Of a stretch of 64,000 nucleotides of DNA, positions 27,532 to 37,403 are shown piece by piece. The notes under the pieces were generated by a model. It was not told the origin of the DNA. It did no database searches and saw only the letters and a program-made list of their open reading frames with translations. Each line of letters opens with the position of its first letter. Position 1 is the first letter of the stretch. Source of the DNA: Candidatus Micrarchaeia archaeon (lineage in GTDB: Archaea; Micrarchaeota; Micrarchaeia; Anstonellales; Bilamarchaeaceae); the NCBI GenBank assembly GCA_041653635.1, contig JBAZFC010000001.1, positions 265,111-329,110 of the forward strand, in the 5' to 3' direction. Both the position numbers and the translations under genes were made by a program.

Positions 27532-28145
27532 TAGGCATAGTGGATTACGGGATGGGGAACCTGCGCTCTGTGGCCAAGGCGTTTGAGCTCCTGGGCGCGG
27601 AAGTGATTGTGAGCGGGAAGCCGGAGGAACTCCAGGCCGCAGAAAAGCTTGTTTTGCCGGGCGTGGGCGCGTTCGGGGACGGGATGGCAAACCTCAGGAG
27701 GATGGGGCTGGACAAATTCCTGGAGGCGGAAGTGCTCGGGAAGAAGAAGCCGATGCTTGGGATATGCCTAGGGATGCAACTGCTCGCGCAGGAGGGTTTT
27801 GAGCGCGGCAGGAACAAGGGGCTTGGCTTCATAGGCGGGAAGGTGGCGAAATTTGAGCTGGAGGCGCAGGGGCTGAAGGTTCCGCACGTGGGATGGAACG
27901 AGGTCAGGTTCCTGGGGGAGAACCCGCTTTTCAGGGGGCTGAAGGACGGGGCCTGCTTTTACTTTGTGCACAGCTATCATATGGTTTGCGACGATAAAAA
28001 AGACGTTTCCGCGGTATGCGATTATGGGCATGAATTCACCGCTGCGGTGAGGCGCGGGAACATTTTCGGGACGCAGTTCCACCCGGAGAAGAGCCAGGAG
28101 GCGGGGCTGCGGGTGCTGGAGAATTATATTGATATGCAGGCATAG
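27528..28145 (+). CDS. HisH-like glutamine amidotransferase subunit (WbuY-type, glycan-associated).
   Basis: The class I GATase motifs are present: GIC nucleophile elbow and HPE. Confidence 0.75.
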   Translation: MIGIVDYGMGNLRSVAKAFELLGAEVIVSGKPEELQAAEKLVLPGVGAFGDGMANLRRMGLDKFLEAEVLGKKKPMLGICLGMQLLAQEGFERGRNKGLGFIGGKVAKFELEAQGLKVPHVGWNEVRFLGENPLFRGLKDGACFYFVHSYHMVCDDKKDVSAVCDYGHEFTAAVRRGNIFGTQFHPEKSQEAGLRVLENYIDMQA

Positions 28146-28154
28146 GTGCTGATG

Positions 28155-28925
28155 ATGCTGAAGGTCAGGATAATACCCTCATTGCTCCTGCGGGAGGGCA
28201 GGTGCGTCAAGGGGGTGAAGTTCAGGGATTTCCGGGATACCGGCAACCCTGTTACCGCAGCGAAGATATACGATGCGCAGGGCGCGGACGAGCTGCTCTT
28301 CCTTGACATAACCGCATCCACGCAGAAGAGGAGCATACTCTTTGACATCGTCTCAAAAACAGCGGAGGCATGCTTCATGCCCCTCTGCGTCGGGGGAGGG
28401 ATACGGAGCATAGAGGACATCAGGAAGCTCCTGCTTGTGGGCGCGGACAAGGTATCCATAAACACCGCGGCGCTGGAGAGACCGGAATTCATAAACGAGG
28501 CAGCGGAGGTCTTCGGAAACCAGTGCGTCGTGGCATCAATAGATGTGAGGAAGCGCGTGGATGGGGAGTACGAAGTGTTCAGCGACTGCGGCACAAAGGC
28601 ACGGGGGATCGGGCCGGTTGAATGGGCGAAGGAAGCGGTGGCCCAGGGGGCGGGCGAAATCCTCCTCACATCAATAGACCAGGAGGGCACGAGGAAGGGA
28701 TACGACCTCGGGCTGATAAGGATGGTTGCGGATGCGGTGGAGGTGCCGGTCATAGCGTCCGGCGGGGTCGGCTCGCTGCAGGACCTTGTGGATGGGATAG
28801 TGAGGGGGCATGCGTCCGCGGTCTCGGCAGCAAGCATTTTCCATTTTACGGACCAGAGCATAATAAAGGCGCGCACATACATGAGGGAGGCAGGATTGGA
28901 CGTGCGCTCCATGGAAACGAGGTAA
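28155..28925 (+). CDS. HisF-like cyclase/synthase subunit (WbuZ-type).
   Basis: The N-terminus is like HisF (RIIPSLLL..G.CVKG) and the TIM-barrel length fits. It overlaps the hisH-like stop. Confidence 0.75.
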   Translation: MLKVRIIPSLLLREGRCVKGVKFRDFRDTGNPVTAAKIYDAQGADELLFLDITASTQKRSILFDIVSKTAEACFMPLCVGGGIRSIEDIRKLLLVGADKVSINTAALERPEFINEAAEVFGNQCVVASIDVRKRVDGEYEVFSDCGTKARGIGPVEWAKEAVAQGAGEILLTSIDQEGTRKGYDLGLIRMVADAVEVPVIASGGVGSLQDLVDGIVRGHASAVSAASIFHFTDQSIIKARTYMREAGLDVRSMETR

Positions 28926-28929
28926 TCGT

Positions 28930-29469
28930 ATGAAACCGGAGGGTAAGGTTGCTGAGGGGAAGGATGTCTATCTCGTTTATCTCAAGCCGGGGATGGTTAG
29001 CGAGGCATACGTTGGATGGCTCAACGACAAGGAGATAAACAAATATCTGGAGGTGAGGTTTGATGTGCCGCACACGCTGGAAAAGGTGAGGGATTACGTG
29101 GAGAAAATGCATGGGGATGCGGACAACCACCTGTTCGCGATAATGCTGCGGCAGGGCGGCAGGCACATAGGCAACATAAAGGTCGGGCCCGTAAATGCGC
29201 ACCACAAATTCGCGGAAGTCGGGATAATGATAGGCGACAGGGGCGTATGGGGGAAGGGGTACGGAAGCGAGGCGATAACGCTTGCAACTGATTATGCATT
29301 CAAAAAGCTGGGCATCCACAAGCTGGTTGCCGGGCTTTATGACAATAATGTCGCATCTCTCAAGGCATTTGAAAATGCGGGGTACGCCAGGGAAGGGCTG
29401 CTGAAGAAGAAATTCCTGTGCGACGGGAAATACGTGGACCACGTGCTGGTGGGGAAGCTGAATGAGTGA
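28930..29469 (+). CDS. pseH: GNAT N-acetyltransferase (PseH-like).
   Basis: A GWLNDKEINKY region and an acetyl-CoA motif are present. It sits in the operon after pseA/hisH/hisF. Confidence 0.55.
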   Translation: MKPEGKVAEGKDVYLVYLKPGMVSEAYVGWLNDKEINKYLEVRFDVPHTLEKVRDYVEKMHGDADNHLFAIMLRQGGRHIGNIKVGPVNAHHKFAEVGIMIGDRGVWGKGYGSEAITLATDYAFKKLGIHKLVAGLYDNNVASLKAFENAGYAREGLLKKKFLCDGKYVDHVLVGKLNE

Positions 29470-30286
29470 GGGCAGGAAGAGTGGGAAGAGGGATGCGGAG
29501 TGGCACATCATAATCTACGTGCCCGCATACAACGCTGAGGGCACAGTGGGGGAACTGGTCCGCAGGACTAAGAAGGCGGACGAGGGGCTGGGCAGGATTG
29601 GCGCTTCAATAGATGCAATGGTAATAGTAAATGATGGAAGCAGGGACGGGACGATGGCTGAGCTGAGGGGGCTCGGCAGGGAGGCGGGCTTCCTCCATGT
29701 TGTGGATATGAAGGAGAATGGCGGGCCGGTGAAGGCGCTTTTCAAAGGGATGGAGGAGGCGGAGAAAATCCTTGCGGGGAAGGGCCTCCCCCCGGAAAGG
29801 ACGATAATGATCAGGATGGATTCGGATTTGGAGCACCAGCCCGAGGATATAGAAATGCTGGTGAAGCCGATAATGGACGGGGAGAGGAAGGTTACTGTGG
29901 GTTACATCCCATCCGGAGCGGGGAGCGGGATAACCGCGCGGCTTTTCAATGAATTCGCGGGGAATGGGGAGAGCAAAAAGTTCCTCGGGATTTCAATTCC
30001 GCAGTTCTGCCCGGGTTTCATTGCGATGCGCGCGGACCTGTTCAGAAAGGCGCATCCGCTGCTGAAAGAGAAGGCGGAAAGGTTCAGGGAAAAAACCGGG
30101 ATGGAAATGCTAACGATGGATTTCGTGATTCTTGTGGTCGCGAAATGGCTGGGGGAACAGCCCGGCGTCTTCAGGCTGAGGCCAGTTGAGGAAAGGTACG
30201 TGAAAAAGCCGCGGAAAGGGAAGGTCCTCGATTACCTGGATTACCATAACAAGACGATGAGGTTCCTGGAAGGGGAGGTGCGGTAA
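29462..30286 (+). CDS. GT-A-fold glycosyltransferase (family 2-like).
   Basis: There is an N-terminal YVPAYNAEGT...VNDGSRDGT region. The DxD is DSDLE. Confidence 0.5.
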   Translation: MSEGRKSGKRDAEWHIIIYVPAYNAEGTVGELVRRTKKADEGLGRIGASIDAMVIVNDGSRDGTMAELRGLGREAGFLHVVDMKENGGPVKALFKGMEEAEKILAGKGLPPERTIMIRMDSDLEHQPEDIEMLVKPIMDGERKVTVGYIPSGAGSGITARLFNEFAGNGESKKFLGISIPQFCPGFIAMRADLFRKAHPLLKEKAERFREKTGMEMLTMDFVILVVAKWLGEQPGVFRLRPVEERYVKKPRKGKVLDYLDYHNKTMRFLEGEVR

Positions 30287-31263
30287 TGGAATTGAAACCC
30301 AAATACGAGCTGGACGGCATTCCGGTATTCCTCACCGAGGAGGAGTTTGAAAAGGCACGGAAGGATGTCCAGTCACTGCCCGCATCAGAGATTGAAAACC
30401 TGAAAAGGCGCTATGAGAGCATGCCCGCCCCGGCTGCGGGCTCAAGGAAACTCAGCGCGAAGGAGTGGGTTAAGAATGTCTATGGGCTGAAGATGCTCAA
30501 CGCCATGAATTATGCCGGCATAAACAGCGTCGGGCTCGCGCTGAGCATCCGCCCGCCTTTCCTGCTGAACGTCGGGAGGCCAGGCGGCTTCAAGGCCTCG
30601 GAGAGCCAGGTCAAGAGCCATGAGCGGGAGGCATATGGCGGGCTGGGCGGAACGGACGAGGAGGTCCTGTCCCTGAAACAGAATTCCGTGCGCATCGTCA
30701 ATGGGAAGCCCATGTCAATGGACGACTGGACATACCGCGGAATCGTGATGGGGGCGGCTGCGGACATGCTCCGGAAGGGGAATGTAAATCCGGGCTCCAT
30801 CCTGGAAATCGGCTGCGGGTTTTTGCCGAACCTCCACATACTCAGTAAGATTTATCCTAAGGCCTCGCTCATGGGGCTGGACTACAACATAAACCGGCTC
30901 AGGGTGGGAAGGGCAATCATAGACAAAGAGATACCGGTATGCTGCGGGGATGCGATGAACCTGCCGTTCGGGGACAAGTCATTTGACCTTGCGGTGACGG
31001 TGCATGTGATGGAGAGGTTCGGTGACGGGGAATCGCTGGCAAAGATGATGGGGGAGATGCGCCGCGTGGCGAAGCACATCGCGGTCATAGAGCCGATTTA
31101 TGAGTACCAGGACATTTTCGCAAAGGCGCACAACAGGCTCGGCAAGTACCCGAGCAACATAAAGGAAAAGCTGCGGCAGGCAGGGTTTGAAATTATCGGC
31201 CTGGAAACCTCGCAGTTTGGCAGCGTGGTGAATACGGCAACCATTATCCTGGCCAAATCCTAA
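30286..31263 (+). CDS. Class I SAM-dependent methyltransferase with an N-terminal extension.
   Basis: ILEIGCGFLPN (motif I) and the CGDAMNLPFGDKSFD post-I region are present. Confidence 0.7.
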   Translation: MELKPKYELDGIPVFLTEEEFEKARKDVQSLPASEIENLKRRYESMPAPAAGSRKLSAKEWVKNVYGLKMLNAMNYAGINSVGLALSIRPPFLLNVGRPGGFKASESQVKSHEREAYGGLGGTDEEVLSLKQNSVRIVNGKPMSMDDWTYRGIVMGAAADMLRKGNVNPGSILEIGCGFLPNLHILSKIYPKASLMGLDYNINRLRVGRAIIDKEIPVCCGDAMNLPFGDKSFDLAVTVHVMERFGDGESLAKMMGEMRRVAKHIAVIEPIYEYQDIFAKAHNRLGKYPSNIKEKLRQAGFEIIGLETSQFGSVVNTATIILAKS

Positions 31264-31278
31264 TCTGGGAGCGGGCGG

Positions 31279-32247
31279 CTAAACCTTGATTGTCTTGCCG
31301 CTCTCCGCGGATTCTTTTGCCTTCAGCGCGAGCGCGAGGGATTTCTCCCCCTCCTCAAGATTGACAAGGGGCTTCTTTCCCCCCTTTATGCAACCTATGA
31401 AGTGCCTCATCTCATTCACGTACATCGCGTTCGGGTCGTCGCTCAGGTCCAAAACCTCTGTTGCCTTCTTATCCGCATCATAAAGCACGACCGAGCCCTT
31501 TGAGTAGTCCCAGGAGATGGTGCCCTTCTCGCCTACGATTTCGCACTTCCTCGCATAATCCTGCCTTATGAAATCCAGGTGGATGTTCACGATGGCGCCG
31601 CCCTTGAACATGATGTTCATCTCCGCGACATCTTCCGTTTCCACATCAAGGTCGCTCACCTTCTTCGCCATGCAGCATATCTCGCTAGCCTCGCCAAATA
31701 GCCACCTTGCATAATCTACCTCGTGGGAGCCGTCCAGGATTATCCCGCCGCCCAGGCTCTTGCTCGCGGTGTAGCTCTTCCTGTAGTCCTGCCAGGGCCT
31801 CCAGGTGGGGAGGTACTGCCCGAATATCAGGCGGGCGGAGAGGGGCTTGCCTATCGTGCCCTGCGAAACCATCTCCTTCACCTTCATGAGGCTCCTGTTG
31901 AACCTCATGTTGTAGCCGATCGATACGATGAGCTTTTTGCGCGAGGCCAGTTTCGCGATATCCTTTATCCCGGAAAGGTCGTGGGAAAGGGGCTTCTCCA
32001 CGAAAACGTGGCAGCCGGCCTCCAGCGCGAGCTTCGCGAGAGGGAGATGGGTGCTGGGAGGGGTGCAGACAAGGGCCGCATCCGGCTTCTCCAAAAGCGC
32101 GCCCTCTGTTTTTTCAAACACGCGCACCCCGAGGTTTTCCTTCACCCAGGCCCGGTTCTCGGCCATCACGTCGCTCGCAACCACATCCTCTCCGAGAGAC
32201 ATGAGGTTCTTCATGTGCCTCCGCCCTATGGAACCGCATCCAATCAC
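31279..32247 (-). CDS. Gfo/Idh/MocA-family NAD(P)-dependent sugar oxidoreductase.
   Basis: An N-terminal MIGCGSIGRRH Rossmann motif is followed by the family C-terminal domain. Confidence 0.75.
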   Translation of the reverse strand: MIGCGSIGRRHMKNLMSLGEDVVASDVMAENRAWVKENLGVRVFEKTEGALLEKPDAALVCTPPSTHLPLAKLALEAGCHVFVEKPLSHDLSGIKDIAKLASRKKLIVSIGYNMRFNRSLMKVKEMVSQGTIGKPLSARLIFGQYLPTWRPWQDYRKSYTASKSLGGGIILDGSHEVDYARWLFGEASEICCMAKKVSDLDVETEDVAEMNIMFKGGAIVNIHLDFIRQDYARKCEIVGEKGTISWDYSKGSVVLYDADKKATEVLDLSDDPNAMYVNEMRHFIGCIKGGKKPLVNLEEGEKSLALALKAKESAESGKTIKV

Positions 32248-32268
32248 GAGAAATTTCGTATCAACACC

Positions 32269-33468
32269 TCATTTCCTCCCGCTCCTGAACTCCTTTACGG
32301 ATTTCCGGAGTATCTCCGCCTGCTTCCCGGCCTCCTCCAATTCCCAGTAGTTTGTCTTGAACTGCAGCATCCTCAGCTGCAGGTATTCCGCATCGGGGCA
32401 GAGGCCCGGCGAATATTTCTGCCATATTCCCTTCTGCTTCTGGATTCCATCCGTGAAAAGCGGCTCCTGGTAGGTGAGCTTCCACGCGGAATAGTAGCCG
32501 TCCCCGCCGTTCTTCTGGAATATTTCCCTGAACTTGTACCAATCGGTTTCTGGCCGTTCGGTCTGCAGCACCGTGCTGTATGCCCAGAAGGAATTCTTGT
32601 AGCCGGCGGGCTCTGCCTGCGGGAGGAGCACGTCCTCGGAGCCCTCAAGCGCGTCCGCGAACATCTCCGCAACCTTTATCCTCTGGCCGACCAGCTCGTT
32701 GAGCCTCTCAAGCTGCCCGAGGGCAACCGCTGCCGCGACCTCGGACATGCGGTAGTTAAACCCGAGCGTTACGTGCCTGGAATATTTAGGGTCCTGGATG
32801 TCGTTCTTGGTTATCTTCCCCTTCTTCGCGCTCACGCCCGCGTAGCCGAGGCTGCCGAACTTCCTTGCCTTGTCCGCGAACTCCTCGCTGTTCGTGGTGA
32901 GCATCCCGCCCTCGCCGCAGGTCATGTGCTTGCTCGCCTGGAAGCTGTAGCTGGAAAAATCACCGAACTCTCCGACCAGCTTGCCCTTGTATTCGCCGAG
33001 GAAGCACTGTGCATTGTCCTCTATGAGGAAGAGGTTGTGCTCCTTGCATATCTTCAATATCTCGTCGTAGTCAGGGGAAAGCCCGTATAGGGAAACGGTG
33101 ATGATTGCCTTCGTCTTCTTGGTTATGCATTTCCTTATGGAGTCCGGGCTTATGGTGTATGTATTGCGGTCAACGTCCGCGAACACCGGGATTGAGCCGT
33201 TCTGCAGGACGCAGAGCGAGGTGCTTGACATTGTGAGCGGCGGGACTATCACTTCGTCGCCCGGCTTCACGCCGAGGGCGACCAGCGCGGTGTGCATCGT
33301 CGCTGTGCCGTTCACGTGCCCTATCGCGTATTTGGACCTGAAAACCTGCGCGAACTTCTGCTCCAGCTTGGTGTTGAAGACGCTGTTCAGCGAGGTCCTG
33401 AAGCCGTTTGCCAGCGCTTCCAGGACATACTTCCTTTCAAGGTCGGAAATCCTTTCCATTTGAATCAC
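32269..33468 (-). CDS. DegT/DnrJ/EryC1 PLP-dependent sugar aminotransferase (second copy).
   Basis: The N-terminus E..YV.EAL and the family layout fit. A ~40 aa C-terminal extension is present. Confidence 0.7.
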   Translation of the reverse strand: MIQMERISDLERKYVLEALANGFRTSLNSVFNTKLEQKFAQVFRSKYAIGHVNGTATMHTALVALGVKPGDEVIVPPLTMSSTSLCVLQNGSIPVFADVDRNTYTISPDSIRKCITKKTKAIITVSLYGLSPDYDEILKICKEHNLFLIEDNAQCFLGEYKGKLVGEFGDFSSYSFQASKHMTCGEGGMLTTNSEEFADKARKFGSLGYAGVSAKKGKITKNDIQDPKYSRHVTLGFNYRMSEVAAAVALGQLERLNELVGQRIKVAEMFADALEGSEDVLLPQAEPAGYKNSFWAYSTVLQTERPETDWYKFREIFQKNGGDGYYSAWKLTYQEPLFTDGIQKQKGIWQKYSPGLCPDAEYLQLRMLQFKTNYWELEEAGKQAEILRKSVKEFRSGRK

Positions 33469-34205
33469 TTCTTTTTTTCATACATCGCGCTTCTCTTCAC
33501 GCCGGAGTTCATGGAGGGTATTTCCGGGCGCTCCCTTATAAGCCGTAGTATGTCGCCCATGAGGAAGATTTTTCCCCCCTTGTAAAGCTCGGCATAAACC
33601 GCCCTTGCCATCTCAAGGTCCTCCTTTGTATCTATGGTCCATCGCAGGGAGGAACGGTCCTCCTTGTTCGCAAGGTTCATCTGCCTGAACTTTTCCGGGT
33701 GGCGGTAAAAATATTGGGTTACGTGCTCGCGCTCGTACGGGTCCCGGGATTCCGCCTGCGCCCTTTCCAATGCCTCCATGGAAAAGACCTCCACGTCCAG
33801 GCCTTCGGGGAATGAGGGCGGATTGTTGTTGTAGGCGAAATCAAGCTTGTTTTTCACGAACAGGTCCACGACCTTGTCTATTATCTCCGGGTCCTTGAAC
33901 GGGTCGTCGGAGGTTATGCGGACGATTGTTTCCGCGCCCATGCTTTTCGCAGCGTGGAAATAGCGTGAGAGCACGTCCTCCTCGCTGCCGCGGAACACCT
34001 CTATCTTGTTTTCGCGGCACCATTTTTCCAGCACATTGTCCGCCGGGTTCGTGGTGGTCGCGACCGCAATCCTGGTTATCCTTTTGCTATGCTTCAGCCG
34101 GTCAACCACGTGCCATACCAGCGGCTTTCCGCTTATCTGCGCGAATATCTTGTTGGGAAGCCGGCTTGAACTCACGCGGGCCTGGATTATCGCGGTCACT
34201 TCCAT
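33465..34205 (-). CDS. pseF: SpsF/PseF/NeuA-type nonulosonic-acid cytidylyltransferase.
   Basis: The N-terminus is AIIQARVSSSRLPNK. Confidence 0.7.
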   Translation of the reverse strand: MEVTAIIQARVSSSRLPNKIFAQISGKPLVWHVVDRLKHSKRITRIAVATTTNPADNVLEKWCRENKIEVFRGSEEDVLSRYFHAAKSMGAETIVRITSDDPFKDPEIIDKVVDLFVKNKLDFAYNNNPPSFPEGLDVEVFSMEALERAQAESRDPYEREHVTQYFYRHPEKFRQMNLANKEDRSSLRWTIDTKEDLEMARAVYAELYKGGKIFLMGDILRLIRERPEIPSMNSGVKRSAMYEKKK

Positions 34206-34873
34206 TTGGGGTTCACCAGCCTGATTCCGAATATGTCATAAGCGAAGAGCTTTGCGAATGCCTTGAGCATCATCAGCTCGGACCTTATAGCCCTGCCCCC
34301 GAAAAGCCGGGGGGTGCCCTTCCGCTCCCGTATGTCCACGTCTATTTCCGTTATGGAGAATCCTTTCTTCTTGGCCGCAAAAACGAACTGAGTGCCTATG
34401 CTGCCTATGGAATCGTAGAACCCGACCTTCCGAAAAACTTCGGAGCTGAAGCCCCTGAAGCCGCAGAGCGGGTCGCTCACGCCCACCCTCCACCTCGCCA
34501 GCAGGCCGAACAGCCTCTCCGCGAGCCGGGCCTTCCTGTGCCGCACGCCGAGCACGAAATCCGCCCCGTTGTCAAGCAGGGATATCATCTCAGGGATTTG
34601 TGCGGGGTTGTGCTGCCCGTCCGCGTCCATTATTATCACGTTGTCCGCGCGCTTCGCCGCCTCTGCCACGCCAAGGTTAAGCGAAGCGGTGTAGCCCACG
34701 TTCAGGCCGTTCCTCAGCACGGTTGCGCCGCTTGCCGATGCGAGCTCGCCGGTCCTGTCGCTGGAGGAGTCGTCCACGACAAGCACGTCGCAATATTTCT
34801 TCGCATCCCGCACCACGGAGGAAATCGTCTTCTCCTCGTTGTGCGCGGGGATGACGACTATACTTTTTCCCAT
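34196..34873 (-). CDS. Glycosyltransferase family 2 (DPM1/dolichyl-phosphate sugar synthase-like).
   Basis: SVVIPAHNEE...VVDDSSSDRT and a DAD motif are present. Confidence 0.7.
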   Translation of the reverse strand: MGKSIVVIPAHNEEKTISSVVRDAKKYCDVLVVDDSSSDRTGELASASGATVLRNGLNVGYTASLNLGVAEAAKRADNVIIMDADGQHNPAQIPEMISLLDNGADFVLGVRHRKARLAERLFGLLARWRVGVSDPLCGFRGFSSEVFRKVGFYDSIGSIGTQFVFAAKKKGFSITEIDVDIRERKGTPRLFGGRAIRSELMMLKAFAKLFAYDIFGIRLVNPKWK

Positions 34874-35910
34874 GTTATCGCTTCGCCCGCCTTTATGTCG
34901 GCGCGTGCCTTCCTGCCCACGACCTTGCCCAGGTCCTTGGGGGGGATTCCTTCAAACGGCCTAAGGATGTCCACCATGTCCTCGGTGATTTTGGTGCCGC
35001 TGGGGATGTCCTTCTTTGCGAAGAGGCTGCGCCTCTGCACTATCCTGGTCTTCTGTTCGCCGGGATACACGTCCTTCGCCGGGGAGCCGAGCGCCGCCTC
35101 CGCGTTCCGCACGTCGCGCACGAGCTGCCTGAGCTCGGCGGGGTCCAGCGCGAACGGATGGTCCGGCCCCGGAAGGGACTTGTCATCCGTGAAGTGTTTT
35201 TCTATCACGCAGCATCCGAAAGCCACGCTGAGCACCGGGACGACGCTGCCCGGAGTGTGGTCCGAGTAGCCGACAGGGATGTCAAAGGAATCCTGGAGCG
35301 TCTTCATCGCCCTCACGTTCGCGTCCTCAAAGGATGATGGGTAATTGGTCACGCATTGAAGGAGGACGAGCTGGTTGTTGTGCCTCCGTATGACCTCAAC
35401 CGCCTCCCCTATCTCCTCCATCGTGGATGCGCCGGTGCCCATGATGATGGGCTTGCCTTTCTTCGCGATGTATTCAACGAGCTGGAGGAAGGTTACGTCC
35501 CCTGAGCCAATCTTGTAGGCAGGGACGCCTATGCTGTCCATGAGGTCCACCGCCTCCTTGTCGTACGGGGAGGAAAGGAAGATTATGCCCTTTTTCTTGC
35601 AGTGGTCCATTATCTCCGCGTGCCACTCCCGGGGGAATTCCGCGTCCTGATACACCTGCCACACAGGCTTGTTCCACTTCTTCTGGAATTCCGCCTCCGA
35701 GCCCTTTTCAAAAGACGCCTTGTTGATTATCTTGCCCGCCGCGAACGTCTGGAATTTTATGGCGTCCGCGCCGCATTCCTTCGCAAGGTCCGCGAGCTTC
35801 TTCGCCTTGTCCAGGCTCCTGTCAAAGTTGGAGCCGACCTCGGCTATGATGAACGCCGGATGGCCCGGGCCGATGGTGCGGCCGGCGATTTTTATCGGTT
35901 CCATAATCAT
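34858..35910 (-). CDS. Second NeuB-family nonulosonic-acid synthase with a SAF domain.
   Basis: IIAEVGSNFDRS and a C-terminal SAF domain are present. Confidence 0.75.
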   Translation of the reverse strand: MIMEPIKIAGRTIGPGHPAFIIAEVGSNFDRSLDKAKKLADLAKECGADAIKFQTFAAGKIINKASFEKGSEAEFQKKWNKPVWQVYQDAEFPREWHAEIMDHCKKKGIIFLSSPYDKEAVDLMDSIGVPAYKIGSGDVTFLQLVEYIAKKGKPIIMGTGASTMEEIGEAVEVIRRHNNQLVLLQCVTNYPSSFEDANVRAMKTLQDSFDIPVGYSDHTPGSVVPVLSVAFGCCVIEKHFTDDKSLPGPDHPFALDPAELRQLVRDVRNAEAALGSPAKDVYPGEQKTRIVQRRSLFAKKDIPSGTKITEDMVDILRPFEGIPPKDLGKVVGRKARADIKAGEAITWEKV

Positions 35911-36812
35911 ACACCCCTCAGGCCCTTCTGGTAGCCTGAATCATAAAGCTCCTTGTATTTTCCTATTCCGGCATCTATGCCCAGAATCCTTGTCTTGAGG
36001 AGGCCTTTTGCCTTGGAAATATCCAGCGAGCAGTCGCTTGGGCGCTGCGCCTTGAGCGCCTCCACTTCGGACATCCTTTTCGGGACGACGAGCGAGCTGT
36101 CAAAGCCGAACCTTTCTGCGAAGCGCAGGGCGAACTCGTATTTGGAAACCCTCCCGTCCCCTGCCACGTGCATGGTGCCTGTGAAGCTGCCTGCGGCCAG
36201 CTCAAGTATCGCCTCGGAGAGGTTGTTCGCGAGTATCGGGGAGAAGAAGAAATCAGTGAAGGCGGTTATCTTCTCGTTGTTCAGGAATTTTGCGTGCAGC
36301 CATTCCGAGAAACTCAGCTTGTCCTGGATGTTGAAGCCGTAGAAGTTGGTCCTCACGACCACGTGGCCGGGGAAGCCCGCGGCGAGCTTCTCCGCTTCCA
36401 CCTTCGTCCTGGAATAGGCGTTCAGCGGGCGGGCGGGCTCGCCCTCGCTGTGGAAGGGCTTCTCCCCGCCGAAAACGGAATCCGTGGACATGAGGATGAA
36501 CCTGTTGCCGAGCCCATTGCACGCCTCCAGCAACCTTGCGGTGGCGCCCACGTTGAGGAGATGCGCCTTTCCCTGGTCCGCCTCGCACCCGTCCACGTTC
36601 GTGAAGGCGGCGCAGTGGGCGACGCAGTCGGGCTTGAACTCCCTGAGGATGGAGAAATCTCCGGAGAGGAGGTCCATGCGCTGCATCCTGCAGCCCTTTA
36701 TGGAAACGGGGTGCTCGTTGTAGGCGGCAAGCACGTCAATGCCACGCTGGGCTGCGATGTAGGCGAGGTTGGCCCCGAGGAGGCCGCTGGCGCCGGTTAT
36801 CAGTAGCTTCAT
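35907..36812 (-). CDS. RmlD-like (dTDP-4-dehydrorhamnose reductase family) SDR.
   Basis: The start is taken at MKLLITGASGLLG. The ORF-track upstream extension is non-coding-like. Confidence 0.65.
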   Translation of the reverse strand: MKLLITGASGLLGANLAYIAAQRGIDVLAAYNEHPVSIKGCRMQRMDLLSGDFSILREFKPDCVAHCAAFTNVDGCEADQGKAHLLNVGATARLLEACNGLGNRFILMSTDSVFGGEKPFHSEGEPARPLNAYSRTKVEAEKLAAGFPGHVVVRTNFYGFNIQDKLSFSEWLHAKFLNNEKITAFTDFFFSPILANNLSEAILELAAGSFTGTMHVAGDGRVSKYEFALRFAERFGFDSSLVVPKRMSEVEALKAQRPSDCSLDISKAKGLLKTRILGIDAGIGKYKELYDSGYQKGLRGV

Positions 36813-36949
36813 CAAAAATCCCCAAATCCGGGGCGGCGGAATGGGCCGCTCCCTCGTTAGATATCCATACTTCTTTTTAAATTCCTTCCGAGGGCGGCTG
36901 CGCCACGGTTTTAAACTCTTGCAACCAAATTTATCCAGGGCTGATTTGG

Positions 36950-37399
36950 ATGATTGATGGGGTGGAAGTAATACCGCTGAAAAAGATATGCGACGAGAGG
37001 GGCAGGATAATGCACATGATGCGCTCGGACTCGCCATATTTCACGAATTTCGGGGAGGTCTATTTCTCCACCGCATATCCCGGGATAATAAAGGGCTGGC
37101 ACATCCACAAGAAGATGACGCAGAATTATGCGGTCATAAGCGGGATGATAAAGCTGGTGCTTTACGACGACAGGCAGGGCTCAAAGACAAAGGGCCAGCT
37201 CATGGAGCTTTTCATTGGCGAGGACAACTACTGCCTTGTGAAGATACCGCCCATGGTGTGGAACGGGTACAAGGGGATTGGGACAAAGGAGGCCATACTG
37301 GCGAACTGCCCGGACATGCCCCACAACCCGGACGAAATAATGAGGAAGGACGCCTTCAGCAAGGACATCCCTTACGACTGGGGCATAAAATACAGGTGA
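36950..37399 (+). CDS. RmlC-like cupin (dTDP-sugar 3,5-epimerase / ketoisomerase family).
   Basis: 149 aa, with a cupin core and the family His/Tyr pattern. Confidence 0.6.
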   Translation: MIDGVEVIPLKKICDERGRIMHMMRSDSPYFTNFGEVYFSTAYPGIIKGWHIHKKMTQNYAVISGMIKLVLYDDRQGSKTKGQLMELFIGEDNYCLVKIPPMVWNGYKGIGTKEAILANCPDMPHNPDEIMRKDAFSKDIPYDWGIKYR

Positions 37400-37403
37400 G
37401 GGC

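Noticed and set aside
27528-28925. Reading hisH/hisF as histidine-biosynthesis genes.
   Set aside because: No other his genes are present. They are translationally coupled to a PseA/WbuX-type amidotransferase, which is the known glycan-associated WbuY/WbuZ arrangement.
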